Part shown: positions 26,290 through 40,632 of the stretch, in pieces
How the letters are laid out: the number at the start of each line of letters is the position of its first letter
How positions within the stretch are numbered: the stretch's first letter is position 1
DNA from: Pristiophorus japonicus
Taxonomy: Eukaryota
Direction: 5' to 3'
Assembly: GCF_044704955.1 (NCBI RefSeq)
Contig: NW_027252668.1
Span: 2,790,001-2,854,000, forward strand
DNA: 64,000 nt
Made by a program: the position numbers and the translations under genes
The notes under the pieces: generated by a model
What the model was told of the DNA's origin: nothing
Seen by the model: only the letters and a program-made list of their open reading frames with translations
Databases searched by the model: none

Positions 26290-28850
26290 TACCTGCTGTT
26301 GGGGGAAGTGCAGCTGAAAGATTTATTGACAATATACAGGACTGTTTCCTGACTCAACATGTTAATGAAGTAACTGGGGAAAGTTATATATTGGATCTGG
26401 TGCTTAGTAGTGAGCCTGACCTGGTGTGGGGGAACATCTGGGCAACACTGATCACATTATACGCTCCCAATTGGCCGGGAGAACCAAAGGGACTGAGAAC
26501 CTGCGACTCGCGCCACATTTCAGACGGGCAAACTTCTCCAAAATGGCAGAGGACTTGCAACAGGTAAATTGGCCAACCCCCCTCGGTGCTGATGCGACCG
26601 ATGTTGAATATAAATGGAAAGTTTTTCAGAATACGATTAAAAATGTTGAAAACCAACATGTAGACAAAATCAAAAGATAGACATGTGGTGAGAAAAAGCC
26701 AAGGTGGCCGACTGGCTCTGTACAAAGACAAATCAGATATAAACAGAAATGTCTCTATAAATTAAATCATTTAACACTCAAATAAATAGGGTGAATACAA
26801 GGAACAATTAAAGAAAACGAAGGCTGCTATTCGATCAGCAAAAAGGCTAATGGGAAAAAGGATTGTGGACAACTGTGGCAGTCATGGGAAGAGCTTTTTG
26901 AGTTATGTGAAGAGTCAGAGAACTATCAAAAACTGTTTTGGGCCACTGAAGGGTGTTCAAGGACAGGTTACAAAGGACTCACTGAGTATGGCGGAAATAT
27001 TAAATGAGTACTTTGCATCAGTATTCACCCTTGAAAATCATGCTCAAATATTAGAATTTAATAATACTAGTTTTATCAGTAACATTAACTTATATAACCA
27101 GATTGTTTTAGAAAAAATTAAGAACTTGAAAATAGATCGAGCAGCAGGGCCGGATAATACCCCCCCGAGGGTCCTCCGGGAGATGGGACATGTGCTGTGC
27201 GAGCCCCTGGCCTGTATTTTAAATAGCTCACTGCAATCTGGAATGGTTCCTACAGACTGGAAGGAGGCTAAGGTAGTCCCCATTCAAAAAAATGTGACAA
27301 GGCAGACCCGGGTAACTATAGGCCCATCAGTTTAATATCAGCAATAGGCAAGATGCTTGAATCAGAAGGGATGCAAGATATGAATACTTGGATAGGGAGG
27401 GACAGATTGGGGACACCCAATATGGCTTCATAAAAAAAAGAGTTCATGTCTCACAATTTTAATTGTATTTTTTGAAAAAGTTACAAAGTTGGTGGATGAG
27501 GGAAGCCCAGTAGACATTGTCTACTTAGATTTGCAAAAAGCTTTTGACAGGATACCACACAAGAAGCTTCTCGATAAGATGGGAGCCTCTGGTATTAGTG
27601 GAAATATATTGAGCTGGATACAGATCTGGCTGGCAAGATGCAGGTAAAGAGCAGTTATAGATGGATTTGGATCTGTTTGGAGACCGCTCACCAGTGGTGT
27701 CCCGAAGGGATCAGTGCTGGGACCGTTGCTTTTCACTAATTATATTAAGGATCTGGATTTTGGGGTTGGGGGCACAGTTTGCAAATTTGGAAATGATACC
27801 AAGATCTGTGCAAGTGCTAGAACTGTGGAAGAGGCTCGTCTGATTCAGGCAGATCTTAAAGTGTTGGGAGTCTGGCCTCATGACTGGAAAATGATGCATA
27901 ACTTAGATAAGTTCAGTGTTATGCATGTGGGCAGGGCAAATGCTCAACATTCGTAAACCCTCTCGGGAAAGGCATTAAAGATGGTGGAGATAGAAAGAGA
28001 TTTGGGCATTCTAGTGCATACATCCTTAAATGTACATGAGCAATGCTGTGCAGCGATAGCTAGAGCAAATAGGGTGTTGGGTGTATCCATAGGACAATGG
28101 AGTATAAGACGAGGTGTACTGTTTTGTCCTGATACAACACCTTAGTCAGGCTGCACTTGGAAAACTGTGTCCAGTTTTGGTCTCCTCACATGGTGGGTGA
28201 TATTGAGGCTCTGAAAAAGGTGCAGAAGAGGGCCACTAGACTAATTCCAAGTCTAAAGTATCTTAGTTATCAAGATAGGTTAAAAGAGTTGGGACTCTTT
28301 TCCTTAGATCAGCGTAGACTTAGGGGGATATGATTGAGGTTTATACGATAATGAACGTGAAAGTGTTCCAGCTGACTGTTTATTTCAATGAAGTAGGTTA
28401 GGCAGGACCAGGGGCACAAATTTAAGTTGTATAAGACTACATCTAGGTTAGATGTCAGGAGGTGCTTCTTTTCCCAGAGAACAGTAGACCTCTGCAACAA
28501 GCTGCCCTCTCATGTGGTGGATACAGACTCACTGAATTCCTTCAAGCAAAAGCTGGATTTGTTTGTGGATGCGGCGGAGATTAACACTTACAGAAGGTAG
28601 GTACTGCAGAGAATTTAATGGCCAGAGTGATCTCCTGGACTAGTTTCAATCGCTTAGATGGGTCGGAGAGGAATTTCCCATATTTTATTTTCCCAAATTG
28701 GCCTGGGTTTTTTAAATGTTTTTTTGCCTCTCCCAGGAGATCACATGGATTCGGGTGGAGTGGAATGTATATGCTGTGATATATCGCAATTGTGTGGGAC
28801 AGGCTTGATGGACCAGATGGTCTTTCCCTGTCCGTCATTTTTCATATGTA
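26290..28850 (+). mobile_element. Old diverged CR1-group LINE (endonuclease end to 3' tail)
   Basis: ILDLVLSSEPDLV, LNEYFASVFT, AAGPDNTPPRVLRE, VLGPLLFTNYIKDLD; many stops and frameshifts. Confidence 0.85.
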
Positions 28851-29194
28851 TTGAAACACTTCCTCGACACCTTCCTGTCGAAGATTACAAGAGCAGGTGC
28901 AGCACTGGTTAGATTCAGAGTAAAGCTCCCTCTACACTATCTCTTCAAACAATCCCAGGGCAGGTACAGCACGGTTTAGATACAGATAAATTCCAGACCC
29001 CAAATTAGAGCCCTCATGCCCCATGGTGACAGGCCCGGGTAAGCAGGGTCACTGGCCGCCATCTTGCACAGGGCGGGTTCAGGGCGCATGCATGGTTCAG
29101 CAACAGAGAATGGACGGGGCTTCAGGGTCTCTGTTCCCAACTGGGTCCCAGTGCCCGAGAGATGGAGCATCCTGGGTAACAGGTTTTTCATCAT

Positions 29195-31165
29195 CTTAGA
29201 ATCAGAGACTGGTTACAACACGGAAGGAGGCCGTTTTGCCCATCAAGCCCATGCCGGCTATCTGCAAGAGCGTCAGCTAATCCCACTCCATCTACTCTGT
29301 CCAGACCCTTCATGATTTTGAATACCTCTGTCAAATCTCCTCTCAATCTTCTCTGCCCTGAGGAGAACAACCCCAGCTTCTCCAGACTATCCACGTAACT
29401 GAAGTCCCTCATCCTTGAATCATTCTCATAAATCTTTTCTGCACCCTCTCCAAAGCCTTCGCATACTTGCTAAAATGCGGTACCCAGAATTGCCCCATCT
29501 CAGTCAACAAGCTCCTCGCTGGAGTGAAACTAAACTACAGAACCAGTGGGAACCTGTTCAACTTTCGTCGTCTCCAGGCCAGGTCCAAGACCACCCCAAC
29601 CTCGGTCGTCGAGCTACCATACGCGGACGATGCCTGTGTCTGCGCACATACAGAGGCTGAACTTCCAAATCATAGTCAACGTATTTACTGAGGCGTACGA
29701 AAGCATGGGCCTTACGCTAAACATCCGTAAGACAAAGATCCTCCACAAACCTCCCCCCCCCCGCCCCCGCCCCCCAGTCATCAAGGATCCACGGCGCGGT
29801 CCTGGACAACGTGGACCATACGGGAACCTCTTATCAACAAGAGCAGACATTGACAACGAGATTCAACACTGCCTCCAGTGCACCAGTGCAGCCTTCGGCC
29901 GCCTGAGGAAAAGTGTGTTTGAAGACCAGGCCCTCAAATTTGTGACCTAGCTCATGGTCTACAGGGCTGTAGTAATACCTGCCCTCCTGTATGTCACAGA
30001 GACATGGACCATGTACAGTAGACACCTCAAGTTGCTGGAGAAATACCACCAACGATGTCTCCGCAAGATCCTACAATGCCCCTGGGAGGACAGATGCACC
30101 AACATTAGAGTCGTCGACCAGGCCAACATCCCTAACACTGAAGCATTGACCACACTTGATCAACTCCGCTGGGCAAGCCAGACATGAGACTCCCAAAGCA
30201 AGTGCTCTACTCGGAACTCCTTCACGGCAAACGAGCCAAAAGGTGGGCAGAGGAAATGTTACATGGACATCCTCAAAGCCTCCCGGAAAAAGTGCAACAT
30301 CCCCACTGACACCTGGGAGTCCCTGGCCAAAGACCGCACTAAGTGGAGGGCATGCATCCGGGAGGGCACTGAGCACCTCGAGTCTCATCGCCGAGAGCAC
30401 ACAGAAATCAAACGCAGGCATGGGAAAGAGCGTGCGGCAAACCTGTCACACCCACCCTTTCCCTCAACGACTTATCTGTCCCACCTGTGACAGGGACTGT
30501 GGTTCTCATATTGGACTGTTCAGCCACCTAAGGATTAATTTTTAGAGTGGAAGCATGTCTGCCTCGATTCAGAGGGCTGCCTATGAAGATGACCCAGAAT
30601 TGGACACAATATTCCAGTTGAGGCCGAACCAGTATTTTATGCAGGTTCAACATAATATCCACACTTCTGTACTCTATACTTCTATTCATGAAGCCTAGGA
30701 TCCCATAAGCCTTTCTAACTGCTTTCTCAACCTGCACTGCCACCTTCAGCGATTGGTGCACATATACTCCTGGGTCTCTCTGTTCATGCACCCCTTTAAA
30801 ATTGTATTCTTTAGTTTGTATTTCCACTCCTCTTTCTTCCGACCAAAATGTATCACTCTTGAACTTTTCTATGTTAAATTTCATCTGCCACATGTCCATC
30901 CATTCCACCAGCCTGTGTATGTCTTTCAAGATCTATCACTATCCTCCTCACTGTTCACTGTACTTCCAAGTTTTGTGTCATCTGCAAATTTGGAAATTGT
31001 GCCCTGTACACCCAAGTCTAAGTCATTAATATAGATCAAAAAAAGCAGTGGCCCCAGTACTGACCCCTGGGGAACACCACTTCCTCCAGTCTGAAAAACA
31101 ACCGTTCACCACTACTCTGTTTGTGTCACTTAGCCATTTTCATATCCATGCTGCACTGTCCCGAT
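29195..31165 (-). mobile_element. CR1 fragment split by a nested RTE
   Basis: LEKLGLFSSGQRRLRGDLTEVFKIMKG (29191-29412) and ILVRPQLEYCVQFW (30528-30929) flank the RTE. Confidence 0.8.
29500..30591 (+). mobile_element. RTE-clade LINE, 5'-truncated
   Basis: YRTSGNLFNFRRLQARSKT...ELPYADDAC; GLTLNIRKTK; VYRAVVIPALLYVTETW; C-terminal CPTCDRDC..HIGLFSH. Confidence 0.88.
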
Positions 31166-31409
31166 TTTGCTGGTATTGGTAACACGCCCAGGCTCACTAA
31201 ACACAAAACCTAGTCTGTTAATCACTTTCAGCTACTGAAAGTACCTCACAGCATCTCTTCTACCTCCAATATGTGAATAGAGCATCACGGCTGCAAACCT
31301 GGATAAGTTTATATCCACTCAGCAAATCTATTTAAGAAAAGCCTGTAGACCGATGAGACACTGTTAAGGTGCCAGTGTGCTGCTGGTTTGCTCGGCATTT
31401 TGCCTGTAA

Positions 31410-31955
31410 TGGACTCTGTATTTTGGTCTCTGTATTTAAGGAAGGATATACTTGCATTGGAGGCTGTTCAGTGAAGGTTCACTAGGTTGATTCCAGAGAT
31501 GAGGGGATTGACTTATCAAGAAAGGTTGAGTAGTTTGGGCCTATACAAATTGGAGTTCAGAAGAATGAGGTGATCTTATCAAAACATATAAGATGAGGAG
31601 GCTCAACAAGGTGGATGCAGAGAGGATAGTTCCACTCATATGGGAAACTAAAACTAGGGGACGTAGTCTTAGAATAAGGGGCCGCCCAATTAAAACTGAG
31701 GTGATGAATTTCTTCTCTGATGGTTGTAAATCTATGGAATTCTCTGCCCAAGAGAGCTGTGGAGGTTGGGTCTTTGAATATGTTAAGGCAGAGATAGACA
31801 GATTTTTGAGTGATAAGGGAGTAAAGGGTTATGGGGAGCGGGCAGGGAAGTATGGCTGAGTCCATGATCAGATCAGCCATGGTCTTATTGAATGGCGGAG
31901 CAGGCCTGAGGGGCCAAATGGCCTACTCCTGCTCCTATTTATTTTCTTATGTTCT
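31410..31955 (+). mobile_element. CR1 3' fragment
   Basis: Matches the C-terminus and tail of other CR1 copies (GGCCTACTCCTGCTCCTATT...CTTATGTTC). Confidence 0.85.
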
Positions 31956-32443
31956 AACTGAATATTTCTCCCAGTGTAACCTTGTCTGTAATGAAATGTG
32001 TCTTTTAATAAGCCTCAGGTCCTTGCTCATGTCTGCTGTAGATTCCGGAGTTGATTCCGGAGATGAGGGGGGTCGACTTATGACGATAGGTTGAGCCTAT
32101 ACACATTTGAGTTCAGAGGAATTAAGTGATCTTAGTGTGGCCCTGAAGGAATGTGACCAGGCTGAAATTCTGTTCCCCCTGTATGATCCTCCCACCAGAT
32201 TGTCCTTTCTTAGCTCCAGCCAGGTGATGCAAAACATTCAGGGTGGGAAAGACAAAAATCCACAGCAATATGTTGAAAGCAACACTAATTTATCTGTCTA
32301 TATATCAAATATTAAATTCCAGTTCAGCTACAGGAGTTATTAACATCAGCGTTACAAGAGATATAAACCCCAACTGTCAGAATGAACACAATTCAGTCCA
32401 GGATGTGATTAACAGCAGCAACAGCAGAATCCAACCCCTGCAG

Positions 32444-33205
32444 TCACTTGTGAACTCGCTGGTGTCTCAGCAGGTGGAATGACCGAGTGAATCTCATCCC
32501 ACATTCAGAGCAGCTGAACGGCCTCTCCCCAGTGTGAAGTCGCTGGTGTATCAGCAGGTGCTGTTTGCTTTTAAAACTCTTCACACAGTTAGAACATTTA
32601 AAAGGTCTCTCCTCAGTGTGAACTCGCTGGTGTCTCAGCAGGGCGAATAACTGAGTGAATCCCTTCCCACAGTCGGAGCAGGTGAACGGCCTCTCCAGAG
32701 TGTGAACTCGCTGGTGTGTCAGCAGTCTGGATGATACAGTGAATCCCTTCCCACACTCCGTGCAGATGAACGGCCTCTCCCCAGTGGGAACTTGCTGGTG
32801 TCTCAGCAGGTGGGATGATGCAGTGAATCCTTTCCCACAGTCGGAGCAGGTGAACGGACTCTCCCGAGTGTTAACTCGCTGGTGTGTCAGCAGTCTGGAT
32901 GATACAGTGAATCCCTTCCCACACTCCGTGCAGATGAACGGCCTCTCCCCAGTGGGAACTTGCTGTGTCAGCAGGTGGGATGATGCAGTGAATCCCTTCC
33001 CACAGTCGGAGCAGGTAAACGGCTGGTACATTTTCAGCTGGGACGGGTAGTTGAATCGTTTCCCACAGTCCTCACATTTACATGGTTTCTCCCCAATGTG
33101 ACTGCGCTTGTGTCTCTCCAGGTTGGATGATTGGCTGAAGCCTTGTCCACACACAGAGCACGTGTACCGTTTCTCCCCACTGTGAACGGTGCCTTCTGCT
33201 TCCAT
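32444..33205 (-). CDS. Tandem C2H2 zinc-finger exon (9 finger repeats, 5 canonical); possibly a decaying gene
   Basis: CxxC..F.....L..H...H with TGERPF linkers; fingers 2-5 lack the full His pair; putative acceptor TTTATAG at ~33313. Confidence 0.75.
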   Translation of the reverse strand: MEAEGTVHSGEKRYTCSVCGQGFSQSSNLERHKRSHIGEKPCKCEDCGKRFNYPSQLKMYQPFTCSDCGKGFTASSHLLTQQVPTGERPFICTECGKGFTVSSRLLTHQRVNTRESPFTCSDCGKGFTASSHLLRHQQVPTGERPFICTECGKGFTVSSRLLTHQRVHTLERPFTCSDCGKGFTQLFALLRHQRVHTEERPFKCSNCVKSFKSKQHLLIHQRLHTGERPFSCSECGMRFTRSFHLLRHQRVHK

Positions 33206-33779
33206 GGTCAAAAGCTGATGATATTCCGGTCCCGATGTATTGAGTGACTGTCAGATCTTGAAGTGATGTTTGATTTGAGCTTCCAGTCGACAAATCCTCC
33301 CCTTTTAATACCCTATAAAGTGAATTTCAAACAGGAAAAACGGAGTGTGAGAGGGAACCCACAAAAACACAAAGGCAGGTTGTGAAATTGAGCTTGATGA
33401 ATCTGGTCATTTGTGGGGCCGGCACTAAAAAAAAGTGACAGTGAAAGCTGCCGGATTGTCATAAAAACACATCTGGGTCACGACTGTCCTTCAGGGAAGG
33501 GAACCCACCTCCCGTGACAGTCCCACCTGGGAAATTGTTGGTCCCACTGGGCCCAGAAGTACTGGAGGTGAAACCCAGCAGCTTCTCCCTCCTCCCCACT
33601 CCAGCTCAAACTGATGCAACAAACAGACCCACACAGGAGGTCAGGGAGAGACTTCCACATCCAGCGCCCTCCCTGATAGAGCGACTGGGAATTGCTGGGC
33701 CTTCTGCATAAATGCAAGTGGTGTGCGGGTGGCACTGCCCCCGGGGTTTGCTGGTTCCAGGCTTGGCGACTCTGACTCA

Positions 33780-33890
33780 GGGCCTGAGAGCTGCACTCGA
33801 TGTTGCCCGGGGCCTGAGAGCCGCACTGGATGTTGCCCGGGGCCCAAGAGCTGCACTCGATGTTATCCGGGGCCTGAGAGCCGCACTCGG
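33780..33890 (+). repeat. 30-bp tandem repeat, ~4 copies
   Basis: GGCCTGAGAGCYGCACTSGATGTTGCCCGG. Confidence 0.85.
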
Positions 33891-33899
33891 TGAAAAAAC

Positions 33900-35318
33900 A
33901 GGCAGACAAAAAGCAGGAAACTGTAGACCAATTAGCCTAACATCTGTTGTTGGGAAAATGTTGGAGTCTATTATTAAAGAAGCAGCAGCAGGACATTTGG
34001 AAAAGCAAAATTCGGTCAGGCAGAGTCAGCAAGGATTTATGAAGGGGAAGTTAAGTTTGACAAATTTGCTGGAATTCTTTGAGTATGTAATGAACAGGGT
34101 GGATAAAGTGGATGTGGTGTATTTGGATTTCCAGAAGACATTTGACAAGGTGCCACATAAAAGGTTACTGCACAAGATAAAAGTTCACGGGGTTGGGGGT
34201 AATATATTAGCATGGATTGAGGATTGGCTAACTAACAGAAAACAGAGAGTCGGGATAAATGGTTCATTCTCAGATTGGCAATCAGTAACTAGTGGGGTGC
34301 CACAGGGATCGGTGCTGGGGCCCCAACTATTTACAATCTATATTAACGACTTGGAAGAAGGGACCGAGTGTAACGTAGCCAAGTTTGCTGATGATATAAA
34401 GATGGGAGGAAAAGCAATGTGTGAGGAGGACACAAAGAATATGCAAAAGGACACAGTTAGGCTCAGTGAGTGGGCAAAAATTTGGCAGATGGAGTATAAT
34501 GTTGGAAAGTGTGAGGTCATGCACTTTGGCAGAAAAAATATCAAAGAGCAAGTTATTATTTAAATGGAGAAAGATTGCAAAGTGCTGCACTACAGCGGGA
34601 CCTGGGGGTACTTGTGCATGAAACACAAAAGGTTAGTATGCAGGTAAAGCAAGTGATCAGGAAGGCCAATGGAATCTTGACCTTTATTGCAAAGGGGCTG
34701 GAGTATAAAAGCAGGGAAGTCTTGCTACAGTTATACAGGTTATTGGTGAGGCCACACCTGGAATACTGCGTGCAGTTTTGGTTTCCATATTTATGAAAGG
34801 ATATACTTGCTTTGGAGGCAGTTCAGAGAAGGTTCACTAGGTTGATTCCGGAGATGAAGGGATTGACTTATGAGAAGAGGTTGCGCCTCTACTCATTGGA
34901 ATTCAGAAGAATGAATGAGAGGTGATTTATCGAAATGGATAAGATTATGAGGGGGCTTGACAAGGTGGATGAAGAGAGGATGTTTTCACTGATAGGGGAG
35001 ACTAGAACTAGGGGGCATAATCTTAGAATAAGGGGCTACCCATTTAAAACTGAGAGGAGAAATTTCTTCTCAGAGGGTTGTAAATCTGTGGAATTCGCTG
35101 CCTCAGAGAGCTGTGGAAGCCAGGACATTGAATATATTTAAGATCGAGATAGACAGTTTACTAACCGATAAGGGAATAAGCGGTTATGGGGAGCGGGCAA
35201 GGAAGTGGACCCGAGTCCATGATCGGATCAGCCATGATCGTATTAAATGGCGGAGCAGGCTCGAGGAGCCATATGGCCAACTCCTGCTCCTACATTTTAT
35301 GTTCTTATTTTCTTATAT
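33900..35318 (+). mobile_element. CR1 LINE, 5'-truncated
   Basis: NCRPISLTSVVGKMLESII...YLDFQKTFDKVPH...FADDIK; 3' tail present. Confidence 0.92.
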
Positions 35319-35384
35319 TGTGCGTGTCTGGTATATGAATGTGGATTGACTCTATCTGCCCATCTCTGGTATGTGGATGAGGGT

Positions 35385-37925
35385 TAACATAGAAACATCG
35401 AAAATAGGTGCAGGAGTAGGCCATTCGGCCCTTCAAGCCTGCACCGCCATTCAATGAGTTCATGGCTGAACGTGCAACTTCAGTACCCCATTTCTGCTTT
35501 CTCGCCATACCCCTTGATCCCCTTAGTAGTAAGGACTACATCTAACTCCTTTTTAAATATATTTAGTGAATTGGCCTCAACAACTTTCTGTGGTAGAGAA
35601 TTCCACAGGTTCACCACTCTCTGGGTGAAGAAGTTTCTCCTCATCTCGGTCCTAAATGGCTTACCCCTTATCCTTAGACTGTGACCCCGGGTTCTGGACT
35701 TCCCCAACATTGGGAACATTCTTCCTGCATCTAAACTATCTAAACCCGTCAGAATTTTAAACGTTTCTATGAGATCCCCTCTCATTCTTCTGAACTCCAG
35801 TGAATACAAGCCCAGTTGATCCAGTCTTTCTTGATATGTCAGTCCCACCATCCCGGAAATCAGTCTGGTGAACCTTCGCTGCACTTCCCTCAATAGCAAG
35901 AATCTCCTTCCCCAAGTTAGGAGACCAAAACTGTACACAATACTCCAGGTGTGGCCTCACCAAGGCCCTGTACAACTGTAGTAACACCTCCCTGCCCCTG
36001 TACTCAAATCCCCTCGCTATGAAGGCCAACATGCCATTTGCTTTCTTAACCGCCTGCTGTACCTTCAATGACTGATGTACCATGACATCCAGGTCTCGTT
36101 GCACCTCCCCTTTTCCTAATCTGTCACCATTCAGATAATAGTCTGTCTCTCTGTTTTTACCACCAAAGTGGATAACCTCACATTTATCCACATTATACTT
36201 CATCTGCCATGCATTTGCCCACTCACCTAACCTATCCAAGTCACTCTGCAGCCTCACAGCATCCTCCTCACAGCTCACATTGCCACCCAATTTAGTGTCA
36301 TCCGCAAATTTGGAGATACAACATTTAATCCCCTCGTCTAAATCATTAATGTACAATGTAAACAGCTGGGGCCCCAGCACAGAACCTTGCGGTACCCCAC
36401 TAGTCACTGCCTCCCATTTTGAAAAGTACCCATTTACTCCTACTCTTTGCTTCCTGTCTGCCAACCAGTTCTCAATCCATGTCAGCACACTACCCCCAAT
36501 CCCATGTACTTTAACTTTGCACATTAATCTCTTGTGTGGGACCTTGTCGAAAACCTTCTGAAAGTCCAAATATACATCAACTGGTTCTCCTTTGTCCACT
36601 TTACTGGAAACATCCTCAAAAAATTCCAGAAGATTTGTCAAGCATGATTTCCCTTTCACAAATCCATGCTGACTTGGACCTATCATGTCACCTCTTTCCA
36701 AATACGCTGCTATGACATCTTTAATAATTGATTCCATCATTTTACCCACTACCAATGTCAGGCTGACCGATCTATAATTCTCTGTTTTCTCGCTCCCTCC
36801 TTTTTTTTTGAAAAAAGTGGGGTTACATTGGCTACCCTCCACTCCATAGGAACTGATCCAGAGTCTATGGAATGCTGGAAAATGACTGTCAATGCATCCG
36901 CTATTTCCAAGGCCATCTCCTTAAGTACTCTGGGATGCAGTCCATCAGGCCCTGAGGATTTATCGACCTTCAATCCCATCAATTTCCCCAACACAATTTC
37001 CCGACTAATAAGGATTTCCCTCAGTTCCTCCTTCTTACTAGATCCTCTGACCCCTTTTATATCCGGAAGGTTGTTTGTGTCCTCCTTAGTAAATACCGAA
37101 CCAAAGTACTTGTTCAATTGGTCTGCCATTTCTTTGTTCCCCGTTATGACTTCCCCTGATTCTGACTGCAGGGGACCTACGTTTGTCTTTACTAACCTTT
37201 TTCTCTTTACATATCTATAGAAGCTTTTGCAGTCCGTCTTAACGTTCCCTGCAAGCTTCCCCTCGTACTCTATTTTCCCTGCCCTAATCAAACCCTTTGT
37301 CCTCCTCTGCTGAGTTCTAAATTTCTCCCAGTCCCCGGTATTTCTGCTATTGCTGGCCAATTTGTATGCCACTTCCTTGGCTTTAATACTATCCCTGATT
37401 TCCCTTGATATCCACGGTTGAGCCACCTTCCCTTTATTTATTTTTATGCCAGACAGGGATGTACAATTGTAGTTCATCCATGCGGTTTCTAAATGTCTGC
37501 CATTGCCCATCCACTGTCAACCCCTTAAGTATCATTCGCCAATCTATCCTAGCCAATTCACGCCTCATATCTTCAAAGTTACCCTTCTTTAAGTTCTGGA
37601 CCATGGTCTCTGAATTAACTGTTTCATTCTCCATCCTAATGCAGAATTCCACCATATTATGGTCACTCTTCCCCAAGGGGCCTCACACAACGAGATTGCT
37701 AATTAATCCTCTCTCATTACACAACACCCAGTCTAAGATGGCCTCCCCCCTAGTTGATTCCTCGACATATTGGTCTAGAAAACCATCCCTTATGCACTCC
37801 AGGAAATCCTCCTCCACCGTATTGCTTCCAGTTTGGTTAGCCCAATCTATTATGTATATTAAAGTCAACCATGATAACTGCTGCACCTTTATTGTATGCA
37901 CCCCTAATTTCCTGTTTGATGCCTT
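35385..37925 (-). mobile_element. CR1 LINE, 5'-truncated within the endonuclease
   Basis: ORFs 37683-37901, 36758-37510, 35757-36842 and 35480-35938 form a broken ORF2, very similar to 59821-62960. Confidence 0.93.
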
Positions 37926-37929
37926 CCTG

Positions 37930-39425
37930 TGTGTGTCAGTTTCTAATACAAGAATGTGGGTTTTATCCTGTACCTGTCAATTTCTGCTAATTGCCTGTGG
38001 GTTTCATTCTGTATCTTTCCATTCCTGGTGTGTGAGTGTGTGTTTTGTGCTGTATCTCTGTTCTGTGAATGTGAGCTCTACTCCACACCCGTCATTCTCC
38101 AGTATGTTCGTATTGTTTTATTGTGTACCACCAATTCCTGGTAGGGAATTCGTTTTACTTTCTGTCAATTTTTGTTGTGGAGGTGAGTGTTTATGCTGAA
38201 TCTGTCGGTCTCTGGTAAATGAGTCTGAATTTCACTCTGTATCTATCTGTCTCTGGTATGTGAGTGTGGGACTTTCTCTGTATCTCTCCATTTCTGTTAT
38301 GGGAGTCTGGGTTTTATTCTGTACCTGTCAAGTTCTGATATGTAATTGTGGGCCTTACTCTATACCTGCCAGTTTCTGCTTAATTGAGAGTGGGCTTTTC
38401 TTTGTACGTGTCAGTTTCTGGTATGGAAGAGAGGTCTTTACTCTGTACCTGTCAAGTACTAAGTGAGTATGGCATTTCACTGTGTCTGTCAATTTATGTT
38501 ATGGGAATATGGATTTTAATATGTCAGCCTCTGATATGCGAGTGTGGGTTTTATACTGTATCATAGTCTCTGATATGTGTGTGTGGGTTTTATACTGTAT
38601 CTCTCAGCCTCTGATCATGAGTGTGTGGGTTTTATACTGTATCTCAGTCGCTGATATGCGAGTGTGGGTTTTATACTGTATCTTCAGTCTCTGATCTGTG
38701 AGTGTGTGTATTATTTTGTACCTGTCAGGTTTTGGTATGTGTGTTAAGGTTTAATCTGTGCCTCTAAGTTTCTGCTGTGTTGGTCTGGGTTTAATCTGTA
38801 CCTATTTGTTCCTATTACTTGATTGTGTGTTTTAGACTGTACCTGCCAGTTCCTGCTGTACGAGTGTGGAATTTGCTCTGTATCTGCCTGTCTCTGGTAT
38901 GTGAACGTGAGTATCAATTTTACTTTTTACCTGTATTTCTCTGATATGGGAGTGAAGATTTTGCCTTCTACCTGTCATTTTTCTGGTGTGTGCGTGTGGG
39001 TTTTACTCTGCCCCTATCAGTTTCTGCGATGCAAGTACCAATTTTACTTATTGCCTTTCAGTTTTTGGATATGTGCACATGGGATTTACACTTTACCTGT
39101 CACTCTCTGGTGTGCAAGTGCGGATTTTATTCTGTTACTGTCACTTTCATAAATGTGTGTGTGTGTTGTATACTGTATCTGTCAGTCTATGGTACAGGAA
39201 TGTGGGTTTTGTTCTGCACCTGTCGTCATCTGGTATGTTCGGGGGGTTAAATACTGAATCCGTCGGATTCTGAAACGTGAATATGGCTTTTGCTCTGTAC
39301 CCGTCAGCTTCTGATATGCGAGTATGGTTTATACTATCTATTTGTTATTTTTTCCGATCGGTGTTTTATTCTCTACCTGCCAGTTTCTGGCAAGTGAGTG
39401 TGGGTGTTTTTAATGTACCTGCCAG
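37930..39425 (+). repeat. Degenerate ~40 bp satellite (type C)
   Basis: CTGTCAGTTTCTGGTATGTGAGTGTGGGTTTTATTCTGTAC-like units; also at ~10420-10710, 12180-12890 and 53590-55030. Confidence 0.8.
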
Positions 39426-40329
39426 TGAGATCGGTTTCAGTGGTGAAATAGCATCTGATTTTACTGCTCCTCGTGACTAAGATTCACAATGTAACTCTGC
39501 CACTTCGGATCACTGTGCGACTGACTGATTCTGCTGCCTGTGATAATAGGATTGAGGCCAGTTCTGTGTCCCTATGCTCTGTAAATGATAATATACTTAC
39601 TGTATGGGAGAAGGAGCTGCCTGAACTGTTCCTCGTGTTCCGGGTGGAGGAACATTTGTTCTGGCTGGTTGAAGAATTTTGCTCTGAGAATAATAATACA
39701 AGAACAATATTAGTCATAAGATATAGATGCGGGTGAAGATTATGATGTATCTGAGGGAGCGACAATGTATCACTCGATCACCAGCAACACGGTTCTGGAG
39801 AAGTCAATGCACCAGACAATATAACCAGTTTTAAAATATCTTCTCCCACACTCCTCTCCTGCAATAGATGCACTTTGTGAAACTCCTCACATCCTCACTG
39901 CCAGGCTGTGTTTCCACTGTTCACTGTCCATGAACAACAGACACGGTGAGATTGGAACTGAATCAGGAACATTCACTGCTGCTTTCTTTCCCCAAATCAG
40001 TAATGATTTGAAAGAGCGAGGTGATTTACTTTCTCTGTTACCTTACACTGTCCAAACACAGCCCGAGAATGGCCTCTCCCTTCCCCCACTCACTCCATGT
40101 TCCGGAACTAGTTCCTGCTCCACTCTGCCTCTGACAAACAAACAGCCCCCGCCGGAACTAAACCAGGAACGTTCACTCCTGGTTAGGAGAGAGAAAGCAG
40201 CAAAGATTGTAAACAGCAGATTCTGCCCATTCTGTCTCCCTTCCCCCTGGACACACACTGTCCACACACAGCCCGAGAATGGCCTCTCCATCCCCCCACT
40301 CACACCACGCACTGACACTGGTTCTTGCT

Positions 40330-40632
40330 CCACTCCGCCCCTTACACACAGCCCCCGACTCCCGCTGAACTCTCCCCAGACTCAGTGCCGGTCTCTGAGC
40401 CCATCTGCGGACACGCTCCCAAAGCGCTGCGCTGCGCTGCTGTAAGGAGGCTGCTGCTCGCTGCCTTACCCCGGGGCCGCGGGCTCTCCATTTCCGGCTG
40501 TTTGAAACCATCTTCTTCCGCTCACTGAGTGAATGGTGATCACAGGCAGGATTGGGGGAGGGGACGGCGCATGCGCTCTTCTGCTCACTGGATATCGACA
40601 CAGGGGGCGGGGCTAGACCGCGCATGCGCAGC
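40330..40632 (-). promoter_or_regulatory. CpG-island promoter and probable first exon (likely of the ZNF gene)
   Basis: Two GCGCATGCGC (NRF1-type) sites at 40567 and 40620, GC box 40603-40612, CCGGAAAT, minus-strand donor GG|GTAAGG at 40469. Confidence 0.65.

Noticed and set aside
33712-34563. Novel repeat-RT fusion protein
   Set aside because: Chance read-through from a 30-bp tandem repeat into a truncated CR1.
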